Source of the DNA: the human T2T-CHM13v2.0 reference genome, Homo sapiens
Direction: 5' to 3' (one strand)
Assembly: GCF_009914755.1 (NCBI RefSeq)
Contig: NC_060942.1
DNA length: 64,000 nucleotides
Position numbers and translations under genes: made by a program. The notes below the pieces were generated by a model. That model had not been told where the DNA came from and ran no database searches. It saw nothing but the letters and a program-made list of their open reading frames with translations. This document shows, one piece after another, positions 44,451-58,453 of this stretch; within the stretch, counting starts at the first letter, position 1; the number at the start of each line of letters is the position of its first letter.

Positions 44451-45872
44451 CCCTGGACTTATGGGATGGTCCCCAAGGGACACCATATAATGGCTTTCAT
44501 ACCTTGTTCTCCACCTGAGCAAAGTATATAAGCAAAAAAAAAAAAATCAGTTTTATATGTGTATACATTGTGTTTTTGCTTTTACAAGCTGTTTAGAAAA
44601 GCACATATATCTTGGCTGGATTGGTTTGTAAAAAGAATATATGATCACCAAGGTGAAGTTACCCCAACCCTGATCACAAATGAAGAATCGTGGACTCGGG
44701 GGAGGAAGAGAAAAGCCCTTGGACATCCATTCTCACTAGTCATACTAGCTTTTAAAAAGAAATCACTATGATCCTCACCCCCACCCCAGTTGGGACAGTC
44801 TGATGGGGCGGGCAGGCACCCTCTACCAATTGGCTTCCCAGGGTCTACAAGTTTCCCTGCTCATCCACCAGCAGGACTGCTTCAAGGAAACTAATGGCCC
44901 TAGGGTCCAGGGATCAAAGTTGAGCGTAAATCAGGAATTCCAAGAAGTATTTATGTAGTTTGGCATAAAAGTCCAGGAAAAACAGCAGCCCAAACAGCAG
45001 CCCAAACCTAGCTAGTCATATTGCTTTGACTATTCCCCTCTTCTTCCCTGCCTTGGAAACTGGAGGTAGTGGTAATAAAATGTACAGGTGACACTCATGT
45101 GGAATTGGTCATACCCCTGACTGCATCATTTAGGTTCTAATTTTAAAAGAACTCAAGAGTTAAGAAATAAACACACCTTTTCTATAGAATGATTTTACTT
45201 TTGCTCTGTCTCTCAAAATTTGTTTTCATTTGCTTATAACCACTCCCTCCCTTCCTTGGTATCAGATTAAGTATGTTTTGATTTTAGAAATCGTTTAATA
45301 ATGTAATGCTAGTTTTCATAATTAAATATCAATAAATTCAAGTGGTATGAAAGTTACACTCGCGAGTTTCAACAGAAAAAGAATGTTAATATTTTGGAGG
45401 CCAGGCCAGGTACAGGTAATGGTTTGTAAAGTATTACAAACCCTTTCATTAAGCAACTCTGTCTAGAAGCTGCCTCTCACTGTAGCCAAGAGTCTGACCT
45501 GCACCTGATAACTCAGTAAGCTAGTGGACGTTAGAGAGTGCCAAACATTCTTTAAAAAACAATAAACATGGACGCCTTCTAGTAACACCTGAAGGGTCCT
45601 TGTGTATCTGACTCATGCCCAAGGGAAGAAAAAGCCTTATTCTTATAGAACTATCAAAAGTCCAAGTCACAGGCAAGGAAAAAAAATTACACATGCTAGG
45701 TGATATTTAGCAGAAATTCTTAGAAATTCTGGTGAAAGCACAATTCTCACAACGTCCAGAGGCAATAGTTCATACTGCAAATATATGCGCTATCTTCCTC
45801 CACCTCCATGTCAAACCTAAGGCCCAGGGATCAGAGTTGAATGTAAATCAGAGGAAGGCTAACGAGGGGTTC

Positions 45873-45934
45873 TTTATTGTGTGTGCTTTTCAACAGAAAG
45901 AATTCCAATCAGTCTGTGAATATAATCATTTATT
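45873..45934 (-). terminator. Tandem proximal poly(A) signals of MBD2
   Basis: tttatt on + at 45873-45878 and 45929-45934 (AATAAA on minus). Confidence 0.7.
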
Positions 45935-47644
45935 TGTCTTTACAGTGATGATGGAAGAATGTACAGGTGTCCCCTTTCAATAAAGTATAAAAATATGTTT
46001 ATATACAGTGAAGTCACAATAATCTTTAACTGGGAAATTTATTTAGAATTCCTGATCTGTTCTTATTAAAACTGTGGGGGAAACAAATGTTTTACGTAAG
46101 TGCTACATTTCCAGTAGATTGCACCTGGCATCAAAAGCTCAGCTTCATCTTAGGGTCCTGCTTGATATTACAAAAGACTAATTTTAAGTCCTAGGACTCA
46201 AAATAAACATGATTTTTTGAATAATAGATATATACATCAAAAATACATCTAAAAAGGCATTGGTTAGTGCTATTAAAAAGCTCTATGTGCTCGGGTACAT
46301 TTTTTTTCTTACAGGCAAAAGCCAGTGGAAACATTTTTGTTCAATTTCTAGGAATTTTCTCTTGGGGAAAGTCGGTCGAAAGTTACCTGTTAAAAAAAAA
46401 AAAAAAAGAACAAACTTAAGTAATCCAGTGATTTATCAGGTGAGAGGTCAGCAATACTCAAAAAAGAATTAGAGATTGAATTCCACTTAAGAACCATGCT
46501 TTTACAGCCTTGATGAACATGTAGTTACAGCACTTCATAAATAAAAAGTGCTCAACATATCCCCTCATTGTTTCGTTTTATTTTGATGATAACCTTTACT
46601 ATCCTGTTAATTTTCCAAAGAAATCATATGTATTCTTCTATGTTTATGCAAATATTTTCTAACTACAATTAACTACATCAGCATAAAAAGAGAATTCAAA
46701 GGGCATACAAATGAAAAAGCAGAACAGATACAGACCAATCCAAATATATTTTGAGAAAATGTAGAAAAATTTCTACTCAAGATACTTTATTTTACTTCAC
46801 AATTTCTTTCACATGAGAGCATTTACAGATGACACGTATGCATCGAGTCTTCCTATTGTTTAACCTGGGTGAAATGGCACTGTGCAACTGCAAATTGAAC
46901 TATTTATGTATTTGATATCCTATCTCATGTATAGCTAAATATATTCACACCTTTGTTTTTACAGTCATCATCTTCTTCTTCTTCTTAAATTTTACTTAAG
47001 TAAAATTTAAGTAACACAGTAAATTGCGGCCTGTTATTTAACTAACCAAATAAATAAATGAATAAACATCCACCTTACTAATAAGCAGGATTAGAAAGAG
47101 CTGAGGCATGATGAGGCTGGCCGACCTGAAGGGACCTTGGTTATCTCTTATGAGCCCGTGAAGATGGCCACATCTCACCCTTTGCCCAACTAAGTCCTAC
47201 CTATACCACAGGTTATTACGGACAGCTGATTGAGTCATGTGGTCATGCTTTAGTTTATTAAAACTTTTAGGTATATATGGGGTTATTTGAGTAAGGTAAA
47301 TGTAATTTTCATAATTAAGAAGTACATCTAAATCTTCCGCAATCTATAAGTCTAATGGCTTGATCTAATAATGCCATTCTCAAGTTGGGAAGATAACATA
47401 AATAATTTGAATCTCTCCCTACCTAACATGCCAAAATAATGGCTACTTTTAAAGAACTGATTAAAATTCTAATCATTCAACATTAGTTTGTTATTACTAT
47501 TATCCACATTTGTGCAAGGCAATGAGAAGTTGCCAACTTCTGTGTAAGTATAGTGCCAGTGCCTACAACACAGCCTCGCTCACATAAACAAGGGTATAGC
47601 CTGGATGTCAATCTGCAAAGTAATCTGTAAAGGAAGCAAAAGTC

Positions 47645-47972
<328 letters not shown>

Positions 47973-48337
47973 TCAATTAGGTGACCCTTGATTATCTGAA
48001 ATGATTTCATGAGAAAAGTCTAGAAAAAAACCAAAAAGCCCTGACAGAAGAGAAGGGCTTTCTGAGAGTCCATTCCGAAGCAACAGTGCAGAATCTGGAT
48101 CAGGTGAGATCCAGATCCCTCTGTGCTCCAGAGACGGTGTGGCTGCAGCCGTGGACAGTAGAAACACACTTCAGACTTCCCTCTGAAAGACTTCCAGCAT
48201 ATTAAGTATACTCATCAAAGCCCATAAATACATCCTTGCCAGCTTGGAAAACAAAATCCAAGTATCAACACAGCATCTTCATGTCTTCAATAAGGGAAGA
48301 GAAAAGAGCTAAAACAGCACTGAACTGGATTGAAATG

Positions 48338-48675
<338 letters not shown>

Positions 48676-49699
48676 TGAGTGCTGCCATGGATGGACATGT
48701 AAATGTAAGACATTATATGTATTATTGGATTTTGGTCTTGCTGTGGCATGAAAGATAAAGGCACTATGGAAGGGGATAATTGTGTTAACAATTCAACTCA
48801 CCCTCCCTGCAATCCCTACCCTTAGCCTGTTCCCCTACCAAACAGAGTTCCCTCCCACCCAGCTCAAGTGATGGCTCAAGTGAAAACCCTGAGGCATCCT
48901 CGCCACTCTCTCACCCGCACTTCCAGGCAGTCACCTGGTCACGTGATTCTTTCTCCAGCTATATCTCAGATCTACCCATCTCTTCTTCTCCCAACCTATT
49001 GGCATGTCAACATCCTCCTAAAGCCACCATCATCTCTTGCGAGACTACCGCAGCAACATCCCAACTGGTCTCCTTGCTTCCAAGCTTTCCCTACTCCAAT
49101 CCTTGTATTCATGCAGCAGCCATAGGGCTCTTGTAAAGAAGCAAATCTGATCATGCTACTGACTCTTCAGTGATTCCTGCTAATTTTCATGATCAATCTC
49201 AAGTGGTCATCAATCTCCCTAACAACCCACAGGTCCTACGTGACTAGGTTCACCACCCACACATTCCCCCCACCCCTCCCCAGACATACTGCATTCCAAC
49301 CACGTGGATAATTTCTTCATTCCTTAAAGAAACCAAGTTTCTCCTTGCTGTTCCTTCTAATGGGAACACTTTTACCCAAACCTCTCCTGGCTCACTCCTA
49401 TATATCTTTCAGGCTCAACATAAATGTCACTTTCTCAGAGAGGCTCTGTTGACCCTTGACATCATATTAGCACCCCATCCCTCCCTCTGTTTTGGCTTCA
49501 AAGGAAACTAGTAAATAATTGGTTTTGGGGTGCCAAAAAGGAAGACATGGCCTGCTGAAACAAAGCAGGATGGAAGCCGGGAAGCAAGACGTCACAGAAA
49601 GCCTTAAGATCTGCACGTGCTCCTCTGAAGACAAGGTATGCCCATGGCACAGAGCCATGAGCCTGGAATGTGAGTTTGAGATAAGATCAAAATGTGCAT

Positions 49700-50024
<325 letters not shown>

Positions 50025-50494
50025 TAAAGTATTTATTATACTTTTTAGTGTCCTTCTTGTTCTCCCTGCATCAAATCTGTGCTAGGGAGAATCTAAGAAA
50101 AAGAAAGAGATTTTGCCTGCTTTGCCACCATAATTTTAAAGAGGAAGCAATATGCCCTGGATGCTACTGTGATGGAGATGACAGTCACCTTCTTCTTCTG
50201 GGGCCGTTCCTCCCTACATGACAAAGTCCTTTTCTTCTGCTGCTGCTCTTCTCTAGTGACACCTTAGAGGCTTTCCACCTGGTCTTAATGAAGGAGACTA
50301 GATCCCTTGCAAGTGACTGCAGGGGTGTGAATGTCCTCCCAGTATGAGAACAAAAGAATGCAATAACTTATATGGTCCTTCAATCCAGAGAGAAGAAACA
50401 AACAACAGCACATGCAGAACCCGAGCAGAGGAGTAGCTTTTTCATTCACTGCTGAGGAAGCTACAGGGAAAATAACAAGAAAATACAGCGACAC

Positions 50495-50790
50495 CTTTTT
50501 TTTTTTTTCTGAGATGGGGTTTCACTCTGTCACCCAGGTTGGAGAACAGTAGCACAATTTTGGCTCACTGAAATTTCTGCCTCCCAGGCTCGAGTGATCC
50601 TCCCACCTCAGCCTCCTGAGTAGCTGGAACCACACACACACAACACCACACCCAGTTAATTTTTTGTATTTTGGGTAGAGATGGGGTTTTGCCATGTTGC
50701 TCAAGCTGGTCTCGAACTACTGAGCTCAACTGATCGCCCGCCTCAGCCACCCAAGTGCTGGGATTACAGGCAGAAGCACTATGTCCGGCC
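50495..50790 (-). mobile_element. AluJ-like, 50 bp from the donor of the last coding exon
   Basis: Antisense Alu; TSD acacctt. Confidence 0.88.
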
Positions 50791-50851
50791 AAGAAAACAC
50801 ACCTTAAGTTCCAAGTCACTCTCTCTGGTGTCAGTTTACCTGATCATATTC

Positions 50852-50978
50852 TTAGGCTTCATCTCCACTGTCCATTTCAATATCCATCTCTTCTGTATCA
50901 GCAGCTCGCGACAAGATGTCTGCCATCAGTGCTTCTTCCAATTTCTTGCGTACTTGCTGTACTCGCTCTTCCTGTTTC
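50852..50978 (-). CDS. MBD2: MBD2 last coding segment (exon 50840-50978): KQEERVQQVRKKLEEALMADILSRAADTEEMDIEMDSGDEA*, C-terminal coiled coil that binds GATAD2/p66
   Basis: Acceptor tttttaaaaag|GAAACAG; TAA at 50852-50854; 12 nt of UTR then donor CAG|gtaaac at 50840/50839. Confidence 0.97.
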
Positions 50979-52784
50979 CTTTTTAAAAACAGAATAAAAA
51001 GGCACTGAGAATTTGGCAAGTAATGACAATATGAATCTGCTACAGAAGTTCATCCTTACTTCAAAATAATTAAATTCCTAAGAAGAATAGACTTCCTTTT
51101 CAGATTTTTGCAGAGGTTGCTTCTACACACAAATCAAACCTCACCAATGAGCCTTGCCAAAAAGAGGAATGTTCACAGAGGCAGTTATCCCTCATCACAC
51201 ATGAAATTCTAGAAAGAGCAGATTGACGTCAGTGACCTTTTCTTCAACTTTGAAAATGTCAACTGTGTCAAGATTTGGGTTTATTCCTATAAGGACAATT
51301 AGAAATAACTTAGAAGCAGGAATAAAAGATGGAGGGAACATAAATAACAAAGGAAAAGTGACTTGTTCATAGAAGCACTGAGAAAGATGGAGGAAGCAGA
51401 GGCGTGATAAGCTGGGGTTTGATTGACATTCTGCGGCTAGGTTAGTTAGGAGAGAGCTCTCTCCTGGATTCTGAGGTCTGCAGGCAACAGGTCAGCATGA
51501 AGGAGCCAAGACTACATGATCCTGCACACCGAGGACAGACACTGAAAAGCCTCTCTTCAAATAAGAAAGTGAGTTACTTAAGAACATGCCATGAGTTTCT
51601 CTGTGTCTCGGTGATTACAAAGGAACCTCAAAAGTGAGGGTTAATAACTCCAAGTCATTAAAAAGGCTCTGAACCATTAGAGCACAGGAAGAAAGGCTAT
51701 CAGTATACACTTACCTTTAAAAAGTAAAAAAAAAAAAAAAAGAAAAGAAAGTAGATCCCCCAGATGGTAAGAGATAAATTCCTAATACGTGTCTAGCAAA
51801 CAAAGCTCGGTAAATAGAAATTGACATCCAGAACCAAGTAGAGAAGCAAAGGTTGAAGAAAGACAAGAGAAGAGAGAAGACTGGTAGGAAAAGATTCCAG
51901 TGGGAACAAGAACAGAAGGCAATGGCAGAGGAGGGAGGGTCAGCAGAACAGAAAAGGGGGCAAAGCTCTTGAGACCAGAAGAAAGGAGATAAGGAAAGAT
52001 GCAGACAGGGAGATGAAGATGCAACAAGGAATATACAAAGGGTTCTACTGAAAAAAAAAAAGTAATTTTCTCTACCAATAACCGAGGAAGACAGATTGCA
52101 GCAATTCCCAAAACTGGGACAGCAGAGAGGTAGAGGAGCAATGCTATAGAAGATTGCCCTAAGGGTCCCTGAGTATTCACTCCATAGGGGCTCAACCAGC
52201 TGCCAAGTTATATTCAGTCTACTCAAGATCACACCCCTTTGACCAAATAAGACTATGTCCAAGGTAGTCAAGGTAACATATATGTACTGCTTCCCACAAA
52301 AACTTTGGATATCTTTATTAAACTCCAAAACACCACAAAGAGTTAAAAGGTATAGACTTCCACTTATTAAATGAATTTTCAAAAAGAGGGAAGCTGTCAC
52401 TGGGTCAGTCTTAGCTCTATAGCCTCTGTCATATTAAAAGAAACTGGAATTTGACAGATTTTCATGTCATGGGGCAGGGTCAAGCAGAACACATTTGTTT
52501 ATTTCTTATACAGTTAGTCTCACCTCTGGGTCAGTGACTCAAAGTTTATGACAAATGACATATTGGTTTCACTGGCAGTCTCTCACTAATAAGAGTACAA
52601 GAATCTTCACAGCTGTCCTAGAGTAACCTCATTAGGAAGAAGGAGAAAATGGAGCAAATGGCACCATATGCAGTAATTTGGATGGAGAATTTTATCTTAA
52701 ACTCTAACATTTGCCATTGATTTTCTTCTCTCTTGAGCATTACTTTCCACATTTGTGAGAGCTGAAATTTAATCATTTGCCCAT

Positions 52785-53345
52785 TGCTGTAGGCAGAATT
52801 GTAAGATGGTCCCCAACAGTCCCTCTTCCCCAAAACCACCCTTACGTGCACTCTTTATATAATTCTCTCCTCTTAAGGGTGAGCAGAACTTGTGAATATG
52901 ATGGGATATCTCTCCATGATTAGGTTACCAATCAACTGATTTTGAGTCAATCGAGAGAGATTATTGTAGTGGGCCTGACCTAATAGGACCCCTTAGTGGA
53001 GCTGGGATCTTCCTGACAGAAGCATAAAGGGGCACACGGAGGAGCCACGAGACAAGGAACTACAGGCAGCTTCCAGGAGCTAAGACAGCCACCATCCCAT
53101 AGCCAAGAAGAGAACAGGGGCCTTAGCCCTAAAACACAAGGCATGAATTCTGCAACCACCATATGAGCTTGAAAGAGAACCCCAAGCTTCAGAAGGGAAC
53201 ACAGTCCGGTGACACTTTTAAGACCCAAACACAGAAGCCAGTCATACCAGGCCCAGACTTCTGACCCCACAGAACTTTAAGCTAATAAATGGGTATTGTT
53301 TTAAGCTGCAAAGTTTGTGAGAATTTGTTACAAAGTATTAAAAAA
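52785..53345 (+). mobile_element. MLT1 (E/F-like) LTR
   Basis: tgtaggcagaattgtaagatgg..tgaattctgcaaccacc..ccagacttctgacc..ttgttttaagc. Confidence 0.75.
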
Positions 53346-54058
53346 CGAAAGTACTCATCAATGCAAACATTATAAAATACGCTAAAAATACTTGAGATAT
53401 ATCTTGTTGGGGTCTTCAGCTGGAGGTTTAATGTAGACAGACTATTGGATACCCAATTAGGTAAAGAGTAACAGTTCCATTTGCAGTAATTTATTTTGAA
53501 CATGTACTAATTCAACAAGGAGTATTTTCTTCCTAATTTCCGTCATGACAATTAAATCAAATGAGCAATTTGTTAGACAAATTTACCCAAAAAGGAAATC
53601 ATCCAGAATTGGCTTTGAGATAGTTTCCTCAACTATCAAAAGAACTGGTGTTGAAGCCACCAACATTCCTGTGATATAACTCAGAGAACCTCCGTCAACA
53701 CATATAAGGACCTGGCAGAATCCCTGCTGATTAATTCAGCATTCATCCCAAGATGGAAAAGAACTTGTCTCTGGAGTAATTTTCTTCCTCAAGGGTAAGA
53801 ACAATCCAATGAGCAAGTTGATTCCTTTCATTGATTTTACATTTTGTTTTCTTAAAAAATAAAGTTTTTAAGAAACTTCATTCATATTCATATGCAATCA
53901 AGGCATATGAATACAACTTTGCACCACTTTTTATCTTTGCAAAATAATTACTTTAAGACCCAAGAAGGGCTTTCCCATTATAAACCTAGCTAGACTTACC
54001 CATTTAAAAAAACTTTCATGTCAACTTTGTATGGATTTTTTTAAAAAATACAAATATA

Positions 54059-54507
<449 letters not shown>

Positions 54508-54946
54508 CTATAATATAATATAAATGCAATATAGTACAGTATCACTATAAAATAATGATATTGAGGTCATAAAACCCACATAAGAATTGCTCTGTGATCT
54601 TACTAACTGGAGTACTTTTGCTTTTCCTGTGCAATGGTTTGCTTCTACTTTCTGGGTTCTACCAATCTGAGCTGGATGTTTTCCTTTTACCATTTGCTGC
54701 TGAAACCCTAACTTGTGAGTCAGCCTTAGAAAGAGTGAAAGATGTCAGTAGACATAGTTTGTGTCTTGTCTCATTCCTGGCTCTGTTTTATTGCTTTACC
54801 TGTGGCTTCTTCTTTCTTACTTGCTTCTCTTCTTGCTCTACCGTGTCACAAGTAAGTTTAAGAGCAGCATCACTATCATCTGATTTAAAGAGAGATTGGT
54901 TTCCAGACAAACCAGTGAAGGAGGCAATCAGAAAAGGCATAACTGA

Positions 54947-55273
<327 letters not shown>

Positions 55274-55597
55274 TAGAATAGAAAGTCAGAATCCCAAATT
55301 GCAAAAGACACTGTAAAAATGATGCTTAGGGAATATAACTGATCTGGTGTCTGTCCTTTGGACAGGACCATGACGATACCCCTGGCATGCAGCATTTATA
55401 CCCGTTTCAAGCATGTATTTGTTATAATGGTCTTTTTTCACCTTCTATCAGTTTCTGAAAAACTCTGTTAAAAAAGAAAAGTATAACTTTCTAGGTGATA
55501 TATCACTTACTAGATATGCCACTGAACCTAATGAACAGTAAAAAATTTACCCAAACGTAAAAACCCAAGTTTATGAAGTCATGTTAAACTGCATTAC

Positions 55598-55775
55598 CTG
55601 ATGTCTTCATCTGTGACAATAAAAGCTTTGCAGAGGGGTTGAGATGTGTTAAGCCAAACAGCAGGGTTCTTTTCCACAGCAGCGGAGACTTGCCCTGTGA
55701 TTGGCGCAGAGCTTGTGTGCAAAGCACTGGCAACAGCAGATAAAAGGGTCTCATCATTGCTACCTGGACCAACTC
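55598..55775 (-). CDS. MBD2: MBD2 coding exon (probably exon 5), 178 bp: GVGPGSNDETLLSAVASALHTSSAPITGQVSAAVEKNPAVWLNTSQPLCKAFIVTDEDIR
   Basis: ORF 55594..55791 contains this peptide; acceptor ttgcag|GAG, donor CAG|gtaatg; frame continuous with flanking exons. Confidence 0.98.
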
Positions 55776-57150
55776 CTGCAATGAGAAACAAGTACTAGTT
55801 AAAGGAAATGTCTCAATGTGCTGAGCAAACTTTATGTGACATAAAACAACTGATATTTTTATATTCATTTGGGATCATATATGTAAAACTGACATAAGAC
55901 AAAGCAGCAAAAGATAATATATCTACTTAATAGATATGACACACTAAAGAATTCACACTAAAGAAATAGTAACAAAATAGCTGAGCATTTTTTCTTACTT
56001 TAAAAAACAAATCCTCATGCTTGCTGTAAGCTTATAGCTGAGCATTTTAATAATACTTTACCAGAACTTTAAAATGCATTTTCCAAGGTACTAAACTTTT
56101 AAAAAGTTGGCTATATTTCCTCAAGCAATGTTAATTATTTTAATGAGGTAAGACTTTGTGAAGCGACTATACTCAAGTATCCCTTTTAATGTATTCCTAG
56201 AGTACTGGTATAGTCTCTCCTTGTAGCTTTTAACATTAATTTCCAGCAATATCTCAACAATTATCTTCTTTGTCTCAGGATTCAAAGAAAAAGCCAATGC
56301 AAGCAAGCTGTATCTGTGGCTTTAACAGCTTTTTTCATAAACCTAACAAAATATCCAAAATCAGAGAATTAATAACTGCACACTTTGATTACTTGTAAGA
56401 TACTGGTACCATGGTCACATTTAAATGCAATGCTTAAAGTCCTAAACCTGTTTAACTAGTTAAGGCCAACATTTCCAAGAACATAAAGGGATAAGGCAAT
56501 AATCTAACCATGAATTATGAGGATTTTTGAGCAATCCACAATATATCAAGCTTTAGAAGCCAAAGTTTTAATACTTGAAAAATAACTCTTCTCTAGAACT
56601 TGGAGTTCTCATACAGCATGAAATGTAGACTAGTGACTGAGTTTTCCACCCCAGATCCCACTGGCTGCTGTTGCTGGACCAAAGTGCATCTGTTCCCACT
56701 TCTACTTAGAGCACCAGTTTGTGGAGGGAGGGGCAGAAGGAGAGCTGTTGGTTGTTCTTTTGGGAAGAGGATGAGAGAAAGAGCAGGTGGTAGGGCCAGA
56801 TGTTGCTATAAGCAGGAAGCTTTGAGAAATTCTGTTACTCATCCGCATCCAGTGCTAAAAGCAGCACATGGGTTAGCTTCTATGATGAACCTAACCTAAA
56901 GCCAAAATTTTTACAAAGAAAAAAATCTAAGATAATATACTACACTGCAGCATCCCTGCAACATACAAGTTTCTCATGTACCTTCTTCCTGGCTTTACTA
57001 AAACACAAGAGGTACGTCATCCAGCAAGGCATATGACCTCCCAAAGCAAAGGCCTCCTGTCAGTCATTGCTGAATCCACAGCATCTAACAGAGTGCCTGG
57101 CATGCAGTAGGTACTTGATAAATGTCTGCTCAACTGAACTTAGATAATAC

Positions 57151-57241
57151 CTTGAAGACCTTTGGGTAGTTCCATGGTTTTTATAATTTGTTCTGTTACA
57201 TCTGATGCACTAAGTCCTTGTAGCCTCTTCTCCCAGAAAAG
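57151..57241 (-). CDS. MBD2: MBD2 coding exon (probably exon 4), 91 bp: LFWEKRLQGLSASDVTEQIIKTMELPKGLQ(G)
   Basis: Minus strand ccttacag|CTTTTCTGG...CTTCAAG|gtatta; translation matches the MBD2 region C-terminal to the MBD; phase 0 in, phase 1 out, compatible with the next exon. Confidence 0.97.
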
Positions 57242-58324
57242 CTGTAAGGCAAAATATCACTGTTAATAGATACATTTTTGAAACAAGAAAGTAGCGCATC
57301 GATGCTGTTGAATAATGAAATTTAAATCATTTCAATAGTTTCCTATAATTTCCTCATTTTTTCCTTATAAAAAGCTAAATGATATTCCAAACATGAATTA
57401 TTTCCACACATCATAATCCTCTCAGATGGCATTGCTCAAAAAAGGTTGTTTTACATAACCTATTCACTTGTTACAATACTATAGATGGTTATATGCTGTA
57501 TACTATGTATAGTTTCTTATAAGGTATCTTCCAAAGAAAATAATTTGAATTTTTTAAAGATTCACCTGGCATGAAATTTTAATGCTACGACTTATTAAGG
57601 AAAAGAAAACAAATTACGTGATGTGTTATCCCCCTTTATCCAATATCATTAGAGAAAGAGCTACTCCAATATGGGATTTTTCCAGTACAATGAAGTTTAG
57701 CCCTTTAGCACACTTTAAGGGAGAAAAGACCATTTTCAATGAAAAGTTTTCTAAAATGTTTTAGATGCCTCCTTTATTTTTAAACTGGATGTCACATTCA
57801 TGAGTGACTCTTTCCCTGCTGCACAGGGCCTGGGTCACCATGGTCACTTAGTAGCCCCAGGTCATCATTACGGGCATCAGTGAGTACACTGAGTGGCTCC
57901 TCGTGCCCTAGGGGCTATGGAGCCTTTTGCTTATTCAAACACTAAATGGTCCAAGGCAATTATAGTTTTTATTTTATATCCTTTTCATATTTGATTCTCT
58001 CTCCTAGTTATTACTTTTCACTAATATCACTCATCCATTCAACATATCTTTATTGAGCTCCTACTAGGTGCTGTGCTCACCCTGCAGATGTGACAGTCAG
58101 TAAGAGAGACAATGTCACTGTCCTCATGCCTCATCTCTTTTCTAGTCTGTTTCACATTTACTGCAGCCAAAAAAAAACAGATAAAGGAATTCTATAGGAC
58201 TCTGTATAACTGTCTTTAATCCTGGATACCAGGGCCTGTCACATAGTTGGTACTGAAAAAATATTTGTGGGAATGACTGAAAATGGGAGCAACTGGACTC
58301 AGCGTGAGGATCTGGGGGACACAC

Positions 58325-58453
58325 AAACCCATACTGAAATCTCAGCTGCAACACTATCTCCAGATAGACAACCTTGGACAAGGTCTAAACCCATGCTGAA
58401 ATCTCAGCTGCAACACTCTCCATCTCTAGATAGACGACCTTGGACAAGGTCTA
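58325..58453. repeat. Tandem duplication, 2 x about 62-66 bp, within a MIR relic
   Basis: aaacccat(a/g)ctgaaatctcagctgcaacact...accttggacaaggtcta starts at 58325 and at 58387. Confidence 0.92.

Larger units (their letters stand above)
42680..46386 (-). other. MBD2: MBD2 terminal non-coding exon (3'UTR); short form ends about 45850-45910, long form about 42680
   Basis: Strong acceptor (long poly-T tract then aacag|GTAACTTTCGACC) at 46386; AATAAA on minus at 45929-45934, 45873-45878 and 42697-42702; distal end is inferred. Confidence 0.85.

Noticed and set aside
51717-52400. Longest ORF in the track (227 aa, minus)
   Set aside because: Low-complexity Leu/Phe/Ser product of pyrimidine-rich intron, non-ATG start, no recognisable domain.
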